Part shown: positions 9,271 through 18,315 of the stretch, piece by piece | Layout: every line of letters starts with the position of its first letter | Position numbering within the stretch: position 1 is the first letter of the stretch | Assembly (NCBI GenBank): GCA_947600345.1 | Contig: CANQGC010000001.1 | Location: forward strand, 1-52,104 | DNA length: 52,104 nt | Direction of reading: 5' to 3' | Source: an uncultured Clostridia bacterium | Lineage (GTDB): Bacteria; Bacillota; Clostridia; Christensenellales; Aristaeellaceae | Program-made: the position numbers and the translations under genes | The notes under the pieces: model-generated | Databases searched by the model: none | Told to the model about the DNA's origin: nothing | The model's input: the letters and a program-made list of their open reading frames with translations, nothing else

Positions 9271-10071
9271 TCAGATGATGTGATTCTCCCGAAGGAAATC
9301 GAAGGTCGCGCGACAGCCCAGATCCATGTAGGCGATGTCGTCCCCGCAGCCGATGAAGTTTGCGCCGCGGCGCGCCCAGTCCGCGATGGAAGCTCTGTCC
9401 CCCGCGCCCAGCGACACGCCAAAGGACTTGCCCGCCGCTTTGCACTTCTCGGCGAAGCGATCGTAGATCGGGAACATCTCGGGGTTGCGGGTGTCGCAGA
9501 GGTGGCCGTAGGAGGCGGACAGGTCGTTCGGCCCGCAGATCAGCAGGTCGATGCCCTCCACCGTCAGAATATCGTCCAGGTTCTCGATGGCGTCTCTGTG
9601 CTCGATCTGCAGGATGCGCAAAAACGACCTCTCGGCGTTCTCCAGGTATTCGTCATTCTCCAGCGCGCCGTAGCGGTTTGCGCGCCGGGGGCCAAAGCCG
9701 CGCACGCCCTTGAGCGGGTAGGTGCAGGCGCGCACCGCATCGCGCGCCTCCTGGGCCGTGCACACCATCGGAAGGATGATGCCGTCCGGGCCCATCTCCA
9801 GGATCGGCTTGATCCGCACCGGATCGTTCCACGCCACGCGCACCAGCGAGGCCGTGCCCGCGGAGGCGCAGGCCGTGATGTGGCCGAGGATGGTGTTGAG
9901 GTCGAAGGCGGAGTGCTCCGCGTCGATCCACACCGCCTCGAAGCCGTGGTAGCCCAGCAGCTCCGAAATCTCCGGGTCGGTGAAGAACACGTGGCCGCCG
10001 ATCACCGGCCTGCCCGAGCGCAGCCGCTCGCGCAGCCGCTCGGCCATGGGAACGCGCGCGCAGCCGCTCAT
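9271..10071 (-). CDS. HpcH/HpaI-family aldolase (2-keto-3-deoxy sugar-acid aldolase-like)
   Basis: Start MSGCARVPMAERL at 10071, overlapping the upstream stop (ATGA). The remaining N-terminal part of the 451-aa track ORF lies inside the DHDPS-family gene. Family-typical segments WIDAEHS and ILPMV are present. Confidence 0.8.
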   Translation of the reverse strand: MSGCARVPMAERLRERLRSGRPVIGGHVFFTDPEISELLGYHGFEAVWIDAEHSAFDLNTILGHITACASAGTASLVRVAWNDPVRIKPILEMGPDGIILPMVCTAQEARDAVRACTYPLKGVRGFGPRRANRYGALENDEYLENAERSFLRILQIEHRDAIENLDDILTVEGIDLLICGPNDLSASYGHLCDTRNPEMFPIYDRFAEKCKAAGKSFGVSLGAGDRASIADWARRGANFIGCGDDIAYMDLGCRATFDFLRENHII

Positions 10072-10985
10072 TTGCAGTACCTCTCGTAGGCGTCGTTGCA
10101 CAGGTCGTTCATCTGGCGGACCTCCGTCTTGAAGGTCTCGGTGAGCAGGCCGTCGTCCTGCACGCGGCAGAAGGTGGTGATGGGCAGCTTCTCGATCTCC
10201 ATCAGATGGAACTTGGCGTTCACCGGATAGAGCTGGCGCTCGATCAGCGAGGCGATCGTCAGCACGCCCTGCACCTTCTGGGCGTTGGGATGATGGATGT
10301 TCGCCGTGAGCCACACGTAGAGCTCCGGATGGAAGTTGGCCATGATGCCGCTGTAGCCCGGCGCGCCGTCCAGCATGCTCTGCAGGAGCGTGGTGGTGTT
10401 GGCGTTGTAGAGCTTGAGGTTGGTTCCCTGGATCGCGGCCAGCTTCTCGCGGATGGTGGCCGAATCGCAGCAGGTGTCCTTGAGGAAGTAGAAGCGGTCC
10501 GTCTCGGCGATGTGGTGAATCATCTCGGGCGTCATCAGGCGCTTGTAGGGCGTCGGGCACTCGTAGGCGCCCAGATGCACCGCGGGGTCGATGTGCTTGA
10601 GCATCTCGTCCACGTTCTTCATCCACACGGCGTCGCTCTCGTCCTGCCTGGCGAAGTGGTTGGTGATGGCGATGACCGCGTCCACGCCGGTCTCCGCCAT
10701 GGTGTTGAGCTCGCGCTCCTGCTCGGCGAAGTCATCGGAGATGTGGCCGGACGCCACCACCGGCACGCGGCCCTTCGCCGCCGCGACGGTGATCTTCGCG
10801 ACGCGCATGCGCTCCTCGAAGTTCAGCTTGTAGATCTCGCTGGACTGGCAGGACGCAAACAGGCCGCTGACGCCGTTTGCAATGTACCACTCGATCAGCG
10901 CGATCAGGCCCTCCTCGTCGATCTCGCCCTTGCGGGTGAAGGGGGTCAGCATGACCGGCCAAACGCCTCCCGGATAGTTGTTCAT
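10068..10985 (-). CDS. dihydrodipicolinate synthase/N-acetylneuraminate lyase family protein
   Basis: 305 aa. Has VMLTPF, a GV.GLF..... motif region and Schiff-base lysine context FLKDT. Substrate specificity cannot be read from the sequence. Confidence 0.8.
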   Translation of the reverse strand: MNNYPGGVWPVMLTPFTRKGEIDEEGLIALIEWYIANGVSGLFASCQSSEIYKLNFEERMRVAKITVAAAKGRVPVVASGHISDDFAEQERELNTMAETGVDAVIAITNHFARQDESDAVWMKNVDEMLKHIDPAVHLGAYECPTPYKRLMTPEMIHHIAETDRFYFLKDTCCDSATIREKLAAIQGTNLKLYNANTTTLLQSMLDGAPGYSGIMANFHPELYVWLTANIHHPNAQKVQGVLTIASLIERQLYPVNAKFHLMEIEKLPITTFCRVQDDGLLTETFKTEVRQMNDLCNDAYERYCK

Positions 10986-11240
10986 TCGCTCTCCTCCTAT
11001 GCTTTAGTTGCTTGTTACGCAAATATTAACCTGTAATATAATTATACAGATTATGTGGTTTAGGTCAATGGGAAATTGCAAAAATTAACCAAAAAATACT
11101 GCATTATATGTACATCGCGGCAATAATACTAGATTTTTATAACCATTGGACAAAAGCGAAGCGGCACACGCCGCGAAAATGCGGACGAGGCGCCCTATTC
11201 AGGCGTACTTTTTCTCCCTTCCGCGCTCCTGCGTTCGAAG

Positions 11241-11945
11241 CTATTTGATTTCGTGGTAGACCTCGTAGTTCTGGCGAGACTGGTCCAGGTGCTCCCACAC
11301 CATGCGCTCGGCCTTCGCCGCGTCCCGCTCGCGCAGGGCATCCATGATGCGCTGGTGGCGGATGATGGCGTCGTCGATGCCGCCCGCCACGAAGATGCCC
11401 GTCTTGATGACATCCTTGAACACGTAGGCCATCGTCTCCACCAGCAGCGCCAGCAGCTGGTTGCCCGACCGCTGGGCGATGCTTTCGTGGAAGCTGTAGT
11501 CCAGATCCCGGCGCTCGATGACGGTCAGCTCCCGGCTGCGCAGCTTTTGCAGAATCTCCTCCAGCGCCAGAAAGTCCTCCTCGGTGCCGTGCTCTGCGAG
11601 CCGCCGGGCCGCGGCGGCCTCCAGGTAGTATCGAACATCGAATACGCTGCGGTAGCTGATGCCGTCCATCCGTATGATGCGGGCGATCATCTGGGAGAGA
11701 TCCTTCACGTCCGGCCGGACGATGTATGCGCCGCTCCCGGTCCGCGATTGAATCAGCCCCCGGGCATGCAGCAGCTTCAACGCCTCCCGGATGACCGTCC
11801 GGCTCGCGTCGAAGCGCTCGCAGAGCTGCTGCTCCGAGCCCAGCCGCTCGCCCGGCCGGCCCTCGGAGAGGATCTCCTCCTCCAGGATGTTCGCGATCTC
11901 CTCCGACATCTTGGATCGTCGTATGATTGCCTTTGGCTTTTCCAT
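11241..11945 (-). CDS. GntR-family transcriptional regulator (FadR/FCD subfamily)
   Basis: N-terminal winged HTH (LGSEQQLCERFDASRTVIREALKLL) plus a helical FCD-type C-terminal domain. Confidence 0.85.
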   Translation of the reverse strand: MEKPKAIIRRSKMSEEIANILEEEILSEGRPGERLGSEQQLCERFDASRTVIREALKLLHARGLIQSRTGSGAYIVRPDVKDLSQMIARIIRMDGISYRSVFDVRYYLEAAAARRLAEHGTEEDFLALEEILQKLRSRELTVIERRDLDYSFHESIAQRSGNQLLALLVETMAYVFKDVIKTGIFVAGGIDDAIIRHQRIMDALRERDAAKAERMVWEHLDQSRQNYEVYHEIK

Positions 11946-12063
11946 CCGAGCATCCTGCCTTTGTTATGTTTGATACCTCTATTATAACAGAAAATCAACA
12001 ACCTGCCAAGTGAAATGCTAAGGCTTTGCAAAGTTTTTTATCTGCTTCCTCCGGATGAATATA

Positions 12064-12093
12064 TTGACAAACCAGCGCTGCTCCGGCTATACT
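12064..12093 (+). promoter_or_regulatory. sigma-A type promoter for the yhcH-like gene
   Basis: TTGACA (12064-12069), 18-nt spacer, TATACT (12088-12093). Confidence 0.55.
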
Positions 12094-12124
12094 CTAATCA
12101 ACAGCAAAAACGGAGGCACGCAGC

Positions 12125-12580
12125 ATGATTTACGACACCCTCGATCACATCCGCACCTATCTCGGCCTGAGCGCGAACCTGGATCGCGCCATCGAATATC
12201 TGGCCACGACCGACCTCTCGAAGCTGTCCGCCGGGCGCTACGAGGTGGACGGCGCGAACGTCTACCTGATGATTCAGGAGCCGGAGTTCCGCGAGCCGTC
12301 GGACGCCCAGTTCGAGGCCCACCGCCGCTACGCGGACATCCAGCTCGCGCTGGCGGACGGAGAGGCGATCTCCGTGCTGCCCGTGGAGCGGATCGCCGCC
12401 TGGGATCCCTTCGATGCGGAGAAGGACATCGGCTTCTCCCGCGTCCCGGAGAAGGGCACGCCCCTTCCCCTGCCCGCCGGAAGCTTCATGATTCTGTTTC
12501 CCCAGGATGCGCACATGCCCAATCTGAGGTGCGGCGCGCAAACCCACGGCCGCAAGGCGGTCGTCAAGGTGCTGCTCTGA
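12125..12580 (+). CDS. YhcH/YjgK/YiaL family protein (DUF386, sugar anomerase-like cupin)
   Basis: 151 aa. Opens MIYDTLDHI..YL and has a central EAHRRYADIQ segment typical of the family. GGAGG RBS. Confidence 0.75.
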   Translation: MIYDTLDHIRTYLGLSANLDRAIEYLATTDLSKLSAGRYEVDGANVYLMIQEPEFREPSDAQFEAHRRYADIQLALADGEAISVLPVERIAAWDPFDAEKDIGFSRVPEKGTPLPLPAGSFMILFPQDAHMPNLRCGAQTHGRKAVVKVLL

Positions 12581-12592
12581 TCTTCCCTTAGT

Positions 12593-12640
12593 GTAAAGAA
12601 GAGCCGTCCAATTGTGACGGTTCTTCTTTACTTATTACCT
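12593..12640 (+). terminator. rho-independent terminator after the yhcH-like gene
   Basis: 16-bp stem GTAAAGAAGAGCCGTC/GACGGTTCTTCTTTAC (one G-U pair) with a 7-nt loop, then a T-rich tail. Confidence 0.7.
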
Positions 12641-12676
12641 TTTATCCTTTTTCCTTCAATTGTTACGATTATGTCT

Positions 12677-12705
12677 TGCTTTTTTCTATACAATTCCTTA
12701 TAATT
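12677..12705 (+). promoter_or_regulatory. sigma-A type promoter for the ABC transporter operon
   Basis: TTGCTT, 17-nt spacer, TATAAT (12700-12705). Confidence 0.6.
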
Positions 12706-12749
12706 AAGTTATCTAGGTTTGTACAATTTGAGGAAAGGGAGGTGACGGC

Positions 12750-14297
12750 ATGGAGAACGCCCCGCAGTACGTGATCGAGATGCTCCACATCACGAAGGAG
12801 TTTCCCGGCATCAAGGCCAACGACGACATCACGCTGCAGCTTCGCAAGGGTGAGATTCATGCCCTGCTCGGCGAGAACGGCGCCGGAAAGTCCACGCTGA
12901 TGAGCGTGCTGTTCGGCCTGTACCAGCCGGAGGAGGGAATCATCAAGAAGGACGGCAGGGAAGTCAAGATCAACAACCCGAACGACGCCACGGCGCTGCA
13001 CATCGGCATGGTGCACCAGCACTTCAAGCTGATCGACGTGTTTACCGTGCTGGACAACATCATACTGGGCGCGGAGGATACCCGGATGGGCTTTCTGCAG
13101 AAGCGGGAGGCCCGCAAGAAGGTGCAGCAGCTCTCCGACCGCTACGGCCTGAAGGTGGACCTGGACGCCAAGATCGAGGACATCACCGTGGGCATGCAGC
13201 AGCGCGTGGAGATTTTGAAGATGCTCTACCGCGACAACGAGGTGCTGATCTTCGACGAGCCCACCGCCGTGCTGACGCCCCAGGAGATCGACGAGCTGAT
13301 GGAGATCATGCGCGGCCTGGTGAAGGAGGGCAAGAGCATACTCTTCATCTCCCACAAGCTCAATGAGATCATGTCCGTGGCCGACCGCGTGACGGTGCTG
13401 CGCAAGGGCCGCTACGTGGGCACGGTCGACACCGCGGACGTCACCAAGGAGGAGCTCAGCCGCATGATGGTCGGCCGCCCGGTGCAGCTGGTGGTCGAGA
13501 AGAAGGAGGCGCATCCCGCCGAGCCGGTGCTCCGGATTCGCAACCTGCACGTGCACTCCAAGCTCTACAAGAAGGACGCCGTCAAGGACGTGAGCTTCGA
13601 CGTCCGCGCGGGCGAGATCGTCTGCATCGCGGGCATCGACGGCAACGGCCAGTCGGAGTTCATCTACGCGCTGACCGGCCTGGAGAAGGCCAGCTCCGGC
13701 ACCATCGAGCTCTGCGGCAAGGACATCTCGTCCCAGTCCATCCGCCAGCGCGGGCTGTCCGGCTCGAGCCACATCCCGGAGGACCGCCACAAGCATGGCC
13801 TGGTGCTGGACTACACGCTGGAGCAGAACATGGTGCTGCAGAGCTACTTTGATCCCCGCTTCCAGAATCACGGCTTCATCCGCTTCGGCGAGGTGCGCTC
13901 CTACGCCGAAAAGCTGATCGAGGACTACGACGTGCGCTCGGGCCAGGGCCCGGTCACCATCGCCCGCAGTATGTCCGGCGGCAACCAGCAGAAGGCCATC
14001 ATCGCCCGGGAGATCGACCGGGACAAGCCGCTGATCATCGCGGTGCAGCCCACCCGCGGCCTGGACGTGGGCGCCATTGAGAACGTGCACCGGCAGCTGG
14101 TCGCCCAGCGCGACGCGGGCAAGGCGGTGCTGCTGGTATCGCTGGAGCTGGACGAGGTCATGAACCTGTCCGACCGCATCCTGGTGATGTACGAGGGCGA
14201 GATTGTGGGCGAGTTCGACCCGAAGAAGGTTACCGTCGAGGAGCTCGGCCTGTACATGGCCGGCGCCAAAAAGCAGGATAAGGAGGTGTCCGCATGA
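12750..14297 (+). CDS. ABC transporter ATP-binding protein, duplicated ATPase (BMP/nucleoside-sugar type)
   Basis: 515 aa. Walker A GENGAGKST, signature LSGGNQQK-like MSGGNQQK and a second degenerate NBD, which is the CUT2/BMP-type architecture. Confidence 0.9.
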   Translation: MENAPQYVIEMLHITKEFPGIKANDDITLQLRKGEIHALLGENGAGKSTLMSVLFGLYQPEEGIIKKDGREVKINNPNDATALHIGMVHQHFKLIDVFTVLDNIILGAEDTRMGFLQKREARKKVQQLSDRYGLKVDLDAKIEDITVGMQQRVEILKMLYRDNEVLIFDEPTAVLTPQEIDELMEIMRGLVKEGKSILFISHKLNEIMSVADRVTVLRKGRYVGTVDTADVTKEELSRMMVGRPVQLVVEKKEAHPAEPVLRIRNLHVHSKLYKKDAVKDVSFDVRAGEIVCIAGIDGNGQSEFIYALTGLEKASSGTIELCGKDISSQSIRQRGLSGSSHIPEDRHKHGLVLDYTLEQNMVLQSYFDPRFQNHGFIRFGEVRSYAEKLIEDYDVRSGQGPVTIARSMSGGNQQKAIIAREIDRDKPLIIAVQPTRGLDVGAIENVHRQLVAQRDAGKAVLLVSLELDEVMNLSDRILVMYEGEIVGEFDPKKVTVEELGLYMAGAKKQDKEVSA

Positions 14298-15541
14298 ACG
14301 AGAACCGCACTTCCTTCTGGAAGAAGGACGGCACGCGCTCGGTGCTCGCCTCGCTGATTTCGATACTGATCGGCCTGGCGGTCGGCAGCCTCATCATCCT
14401 TCTGCTGGGCATCTTCAACACCAGCATGAAGGACGCCTGGGAGGGCATCCGCCTGGTGTTCCTGGGCCTGTTCAGCACGGGCCGCAACACCGCCGGCGCG
14501 CTGACCTTCGGCTTCAACGGCATCAACTTCGGAAACATGCTCTTCCGCGCCACGCCGGTGATCCTGACGGGTCTGTCCGTGGCCGTGGCGAACAAGACGG
14601 GCCTGTTCAACATCGGCGCGCCGGGCCAGTACCTGATGGGCACGGCGGCCACGCTGTTCCTCGCGCTGAGCATCCCCTCCACGAAGATGGCCATCCCGGG
14701 CGTGAATCCCAGCTCGATCCCGCCGATCGCGGTTTGGTTCATCGCGCTGCTGGGCGGCATGCTGGCGGGCGCGGCCTGGGGCGCGATCCCCGGCCTGCTC
14801 AAGGCGCTGCTCAACATCAACGAGGTCATCGCCTGCATCATGACGAACTGGATCTCGGCGAACCTCGTGACCTGGTTCTTCGACGTGAGCAACCTGAAGA
14901 ACATCGTAGAGAACACGAAGTCCGGCTACATCTACAAGACCACGATCAACGGCGTCGCCACGCCGAAGATGGGCCTGGACAAGATCTTCCCCGGCTCCCA
15001 GGTCAACGGCGGCATCATCATCGCGATCCTGCTGGCGGTGGCGGTCTACATCCTGCTGACGCGCACCACCCTGGGCTACGAGCTCAAGGCCTGCGGCGCG
15101 AACCGCTTCGCCGCCCGCTACGCCGGCATCAAGGACAAGCGCAACATCGTGCTGTCGATGGCCATCGCGGGCGCGCTGGCCGGCGCCGGTGGCGCGCTGT
15201 ACTACCTGGCGGGCAACACGGAGTTCTTCTGGTCCACCTACCAGTCGCTGCCGGCGGAGGGCTTCAACGGCATCCCGGTGGCGCTGCTGGCGATCAACAA
15301 TCCCATCGGCGTGATCTTCGCGGGCGCATTCATGTCCATGCTGAACATATCGGGCCTGCAGATCACGAACCTGACCTCGTTCAACGAGTACATCACCGAC
15401 GTCATCATCGCGGTCATCGTCTATCTGTCGGCCTTCTCGCTGGTCATCAAGCTGATGCTCAACGGCCGCAAGAAGAAGAGGGCCGCCGCGTCCGTCGTGG
15501 ACGACGCCAAGGGTGCGGACAAAGGGGGTAGCAAGGCATGA
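14294..15541 (+). CDS. ABC transporter permease (BMP-type, first permease)
   Basis: 415 aa polytopic protein. ATGA overlap with the ATPase gene. Confidence 0.85.
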   Translation: MNENRTSFWKKDGTRSVLASLISILIGLAVGSLIILLLGIFNTSMKDAWEGIRLVFLGLFSTGRNTAGALTFGFNGINFGNMLFRATPVILTGLSVAVANKTGLFNIGAPGQYLMGTAATLFLALSIPSTKMAIPGVNPSSIPPIAVWFIALLGGMLAGAAWGAIPGLLKALLNINEVIACIMTNWISANLVTWFFDVSNLKNIVENTKSGYIYKTTINGVATPKMGLDKIFPGSQVNGGIIIAILLAVAVYILLTRTTLGYELKACGANRFAARYAGIKDKRNIVLSMAIAGALAGAGGALYYLAGNTEFFWSTYQSLPAEGFNGIPVALLAINNPIGVIFAGAFMSMLNISGLQITNLTSFNEYITDVIIAVIVYLSAFSLVIKLMLNGRKKKRAAASVVDDAKGADKGGSKA

Positions 15542-16560
15542 GTTTCCTGATTCGCCAGACACTGATTTACGCGGTTCCCCTGATGATCGTCGCCCTGGCG
15601 GGCGTGTTCGCCGAGCGCAGCGGCATCATCAACCTGGCGCTGGAGGGCCTCATGATCTTCGGCGCGTTCATTGGCGTGCTGTTCGTACGCATCATGCAGC
15701 AGGCGGGCGTGTTTGAAACGTCCATGGGCGTGCTGCCGCTGCAGGGCTTCATGCTGCTTTCGATGCTGGTTTCAGCGGTACTGGGCGCGGTGTTCTCACT
15801 GCTGTTGGCCTTCGCCGCCATCAACCTGCGCGCGGACCAGACCATCGGCGGCACGGCGCTGAACCTGATGGCCCCGGCGCTGGTGCTGTTCTTCATCCGC
15901 ATCATCGCCAACCAGAACACGCTACAGATGGCCTCGGGCGACGCGGCGAGCTGGTTCATGATCAAGAAGAGTATGTTCGGCTACGGCCGCGGCCAGGAGA
16001 TGGGCTTCCTGGGCTCCACCTTCGTGGACAAGGTGTACCTCTCGACGTACATCTGCATACTGATCTACATCGTGCTCTCGATCATCCTATACAAGACGAA
16101 GTTCGGCCTGCGGCTGCGCTCCTGCGGAGAGAACCCCCAGGCCTCGGCCTCGCTGGGCATCAACGTCTACAAGATGCGCTACTGCGGCGTCATCATCTCC
16201 GGCGCGCTGGCGGGCATGGGCGGCTTCGTCTACGCCATGACCACAGCGAACTGCACCTCCAACGGCGACGTCGCCGGCTTCGGCTTCCTGGCGTTGGCGG
16301 TCATGATCTTCGGAAACTGGAAGCCGCTGAACATCTCCGGCGCGGCGCTGCTGTTCGGACTGTTCAAGTGCATCGCCGCCTCCTACTCGAGCCTGGACAT
16401 CAACGGCGACGGCGTGTACCTGCTGGCCCAACTGAACATCAATCCGAACTTCTACCGCCTGCTCCCCTATCTGATTACGCTGCTGGTGCTGGCCTTCACA
16501 TCGAAGAGCTCCCGCGCCCCCAAGGCCGAGGGCATCCCCTACGATCAGTCCACCAGGTAG
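15538..16560 (+). CDS. ABC transporter permease (BMP-type, second permease)
   Basis: 340 aa polytopic protein. ATGA overlap with the upstream permease. Confidence 0.85.
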   Translation: MSFLIRQTLIYAVPLMIVALAGVFAERSGIINLALEGLMIFGAFIGVLFVRIMQQAGVFETSMGVLPLQGFMLLSMLVSAVLGAVFSLLLAFAAINLRADQTIGGTALNLMAPALVLFFIRIIANQNTLQMASGDAASWFMIKKSMFGYGRGQEMGFLGSTFVDKVYLSTYICILIYIVLSIILYKTKFGLRLRSCGENPQASASLGINVYKMRYCGVIISGALAGMGGFVYAMTTANCTSNGDVAGFGFLALAVMIFGNWKPLNISGAALLFGLFKCIAASYSSLDINGDGVYLLAQLNINPNFYRLLPYLITLLVLAFTSKSSRAPKAEGIPYDQSTR

Positions 16561-16570
16561 GAACTGGAGT

Positions 16571-16702
16571 CATCTGCTGCCGCGCTCATGCGGCGGACTC
16601 CTGCCCCGCAGATCATGGGGCAGGAGTTCTGCGTTTCTTCCTTATATTATTCCTTTGTTCGAGGCACGGAATCCGCCCCCATAGATTCGAGGGGCGGATT
16701 CC
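16571..16702 (+). repeat. extragenic multi-hairpin element, copy 1 (module A, no 3' closing strand)
   Basis: CATCTGCTGCCGCG at 16571. Hairpin ACTCCTGCCCC-GCAGATCAT-GGGGCAGGAGT (16597-16627) and hairpin GGAATCCGCCCC-CATAGATTCGA-GGGGCGGATTCC (16668-16702). Confidence 0.8.
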
Positions 16703-16745
16703 TTCGTTTCGTTATTGCCTTTGCCTGTCCCTTCTGCGCGCCCGG

Positions 16746-17633
16746 TCAGTCTGCGTAGGGGATGTATTCGAAGTAGTCGTATTCGCTCCTGCCGTCGATC
16801 AGGAAGCCCCAGCCCTCCTCGGTGTTGAGCGCGATGGAGATTCTGCCGCGCGCGCCATCACTGGTCAGGTAGCCCACGTAGCTCACCTTGTCCGTCTCGG
16901 TGACCAGCAGGCTCGTTCCGACGGGAAGCGTGGAGCTGCTGCCGTCCTCCAGCGTCACGGGCAGCGGCCGCGTCGTGATCAGGCTGCGGTACTCCCAGAG
17001 CTCAGTATCGTTCAAATCCCCGGCCACGCGCCAGACGCCGCCGTCGTCGAGTTCGAAGCGGCCGTCCCGCAGCGTGAACCGGCGCGAGCACATCCAGGTG
17101 CCCAGGGCGTCCTGGGAACCGGTCAGCGTAAGGGTGTTGCCGTCGATGGCGGCAATCCTTCCGTAGCCGCAGTCGAAGTAGCCGTCCGTGTTCTCGCCGC
17201 GATTGGCGTCGGCGAACTCGATGGGCCGGAGTCCCTCCTCCCGGCTGAAGCGCAGGCACCAGGTGAAGTAATCCTCGGAGGTTTCGTCGCCGGTCAACAG
17301 GATCTCCAGCGCGCCGTCGCCGTCCAGATCCGCGAGGTAGGCGGCCTCGCTGTACACCACGTAGCTGTCGTAGTTGTAGATCAGCTCGTCCGTCTCCACC
17401 TGTACGCTCAGGTTTTCGTCCTCGTCGTTCTCCTGCATGCGCGCGATCACGACCTCGTCCACGCCGTCTCCATCCAGGTCGACGTAGGTCGCCTCATCCA
17501 TATTGAGCTGCTGCGCGTCCCCGATGTCGACCTCAAAGACCTCCTCGGAATCCGCGTACTCCTCATCCTCGGCCAGCGCCGGAACGAACAGCAGCGCCGA
17601 AAGAATCAGACAGATCCACTTCCTCATTCGCAT
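16746..17633 (-). CDS. secreted hypothetical protein with FG-GAP/VCBS-like DxDGDG motifs
   Basis: Signal peptide MRMRKWICLILSALLFVPALA. Acidic, with repeated DLDGDG..E Ca-binding-like motifs. Confidence 0.65.
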   Translation of the reverse strand: MRMRKWICLILSALLFVPALAEDEEYADSEEVFEVDIGDAQQLNMDEATYVDLDGDGVDEVVIARMQENDEDENLSVQVETDELIYNYDSYVVYSEAAYLADLDGDGALEILLTGDETSEDYFTWCLRFSREEGLRPIEFADANRGENTDGYFDCGYGRIAAIDGNTLTLTGSQDALGTWMCSRRFTLRDGRFELDDGGVWRVAGDLNDTELWEYRSLITTRPLPVTLEDGSSSTLPVGTSLLVTETDKVSYVGYLTSDGARGRISIALNTEEGWGFLIDGRSEYDYFEYIPYAD

Positions 17634-17672
17634 CTCACCTCTCTCTTCTCGGATGGGAAGGCATCCCTGCGA

Positions 17673-18122
17673 CTATTCTACCACAACTTTCTCTCGAAGA
17701 AAAGCCTTCAGCCGCTCGATGGCCTCCTGCTGCTGGGTGATGAGGTTCGACGCGACGCCCTGGGCCTCCGCGCTGGCGTCCGGGCAGCTGTTGCGCATCT
17801 TGGTAATTTCCACCACGCCCATGCTCGCGCCCTGGATTGTGATTTCGGCCATGTGGGACGCGGAAGAGTCGGTCATCGTGTTGAACTGCATGCCCATCCA
17901 CATGCCCATGCGCGCCATCGCTCCCTTGGGATGCGGCCGGATGCCTCTCGCCTGAAGCTGATCCTCGGCACTCCTCGCTGCGCCCTCGTAGAACGCCCAC
18001 TCCCGCGTGAGCTCCTGCCGCATGCCCTCGTCCGCGCATCTATCCAGCAGCTGGCCACAGGCGTCCGCTCCCATCCGCGCGTTTTCCACGATCGATTGCA
18101 GCAGAATTCGCGTCTGATCCAT
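17673..18122 (-). CDS. hypothetical helical protein
   Basis: Start chosen at MDQTRIL, 8 nt after GGGGGAA; the track start is a GTG at 18146. Coding-like composition, no family recognised. Confidence 0.55.
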   Translation of the reverse strand: MDQTRILLQSIVENARMGADACGQLLDRCADEGMRQELTREWAFYEGAARSAEDQLQARGIRPHPKGAMARMGMWMGMQFNTMTDSSASHMAEITIQGASMGVVEITKMRNSCPDASAEAQGVASNLITQQQEAIERLKAFLREKVVVE

Positions 18123-18254
18123 CGTCATTTCCCCCTGATTTTGCACGATTTGGCGCGCTTCGCGCCCGCGCTTTATTCTGACGGATGCGGAGGGGAATAT
18201 TCCTGCCTTTTTCTTGTCGAATATGAAGAAATAAAGGTTTCTGTGGCAGAACAG

Positions 18255-18283
18255 TTGAAACTGCGAATATTCATGTATATAAT
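18255..18283 (+). promoter_or_regulatory. sigma-A type promoter for the two-component operon
   Basis: TTGAAA, 17-nt spacer, TATAAT (18278-18283). Confidence 0.65.
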
Positions 18284-18315
18284 AAACGTATAAATGCGGA
18301 ATTTGGGGTGGTTTT

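Noticed and set aside
10072-10626. N-terminal extension of the aldolase ORF (track ORF 9271-10626, 451 aa)
   Set aside because: It overlaps the DHDPS-family gene out of frame. The aldolase homology begins at the Met at 10071, which overlaps the upstream stop.
12669-15562. Long minus-strand ORFs (12669-14090, 13925-15562) opposite the ABC transporter genes
   Set aside because: They are antisense shadows of well-supported ABC ATPase and permease genes. Their compositions are R/H/D/G/A-rich, with no recognisable domains.
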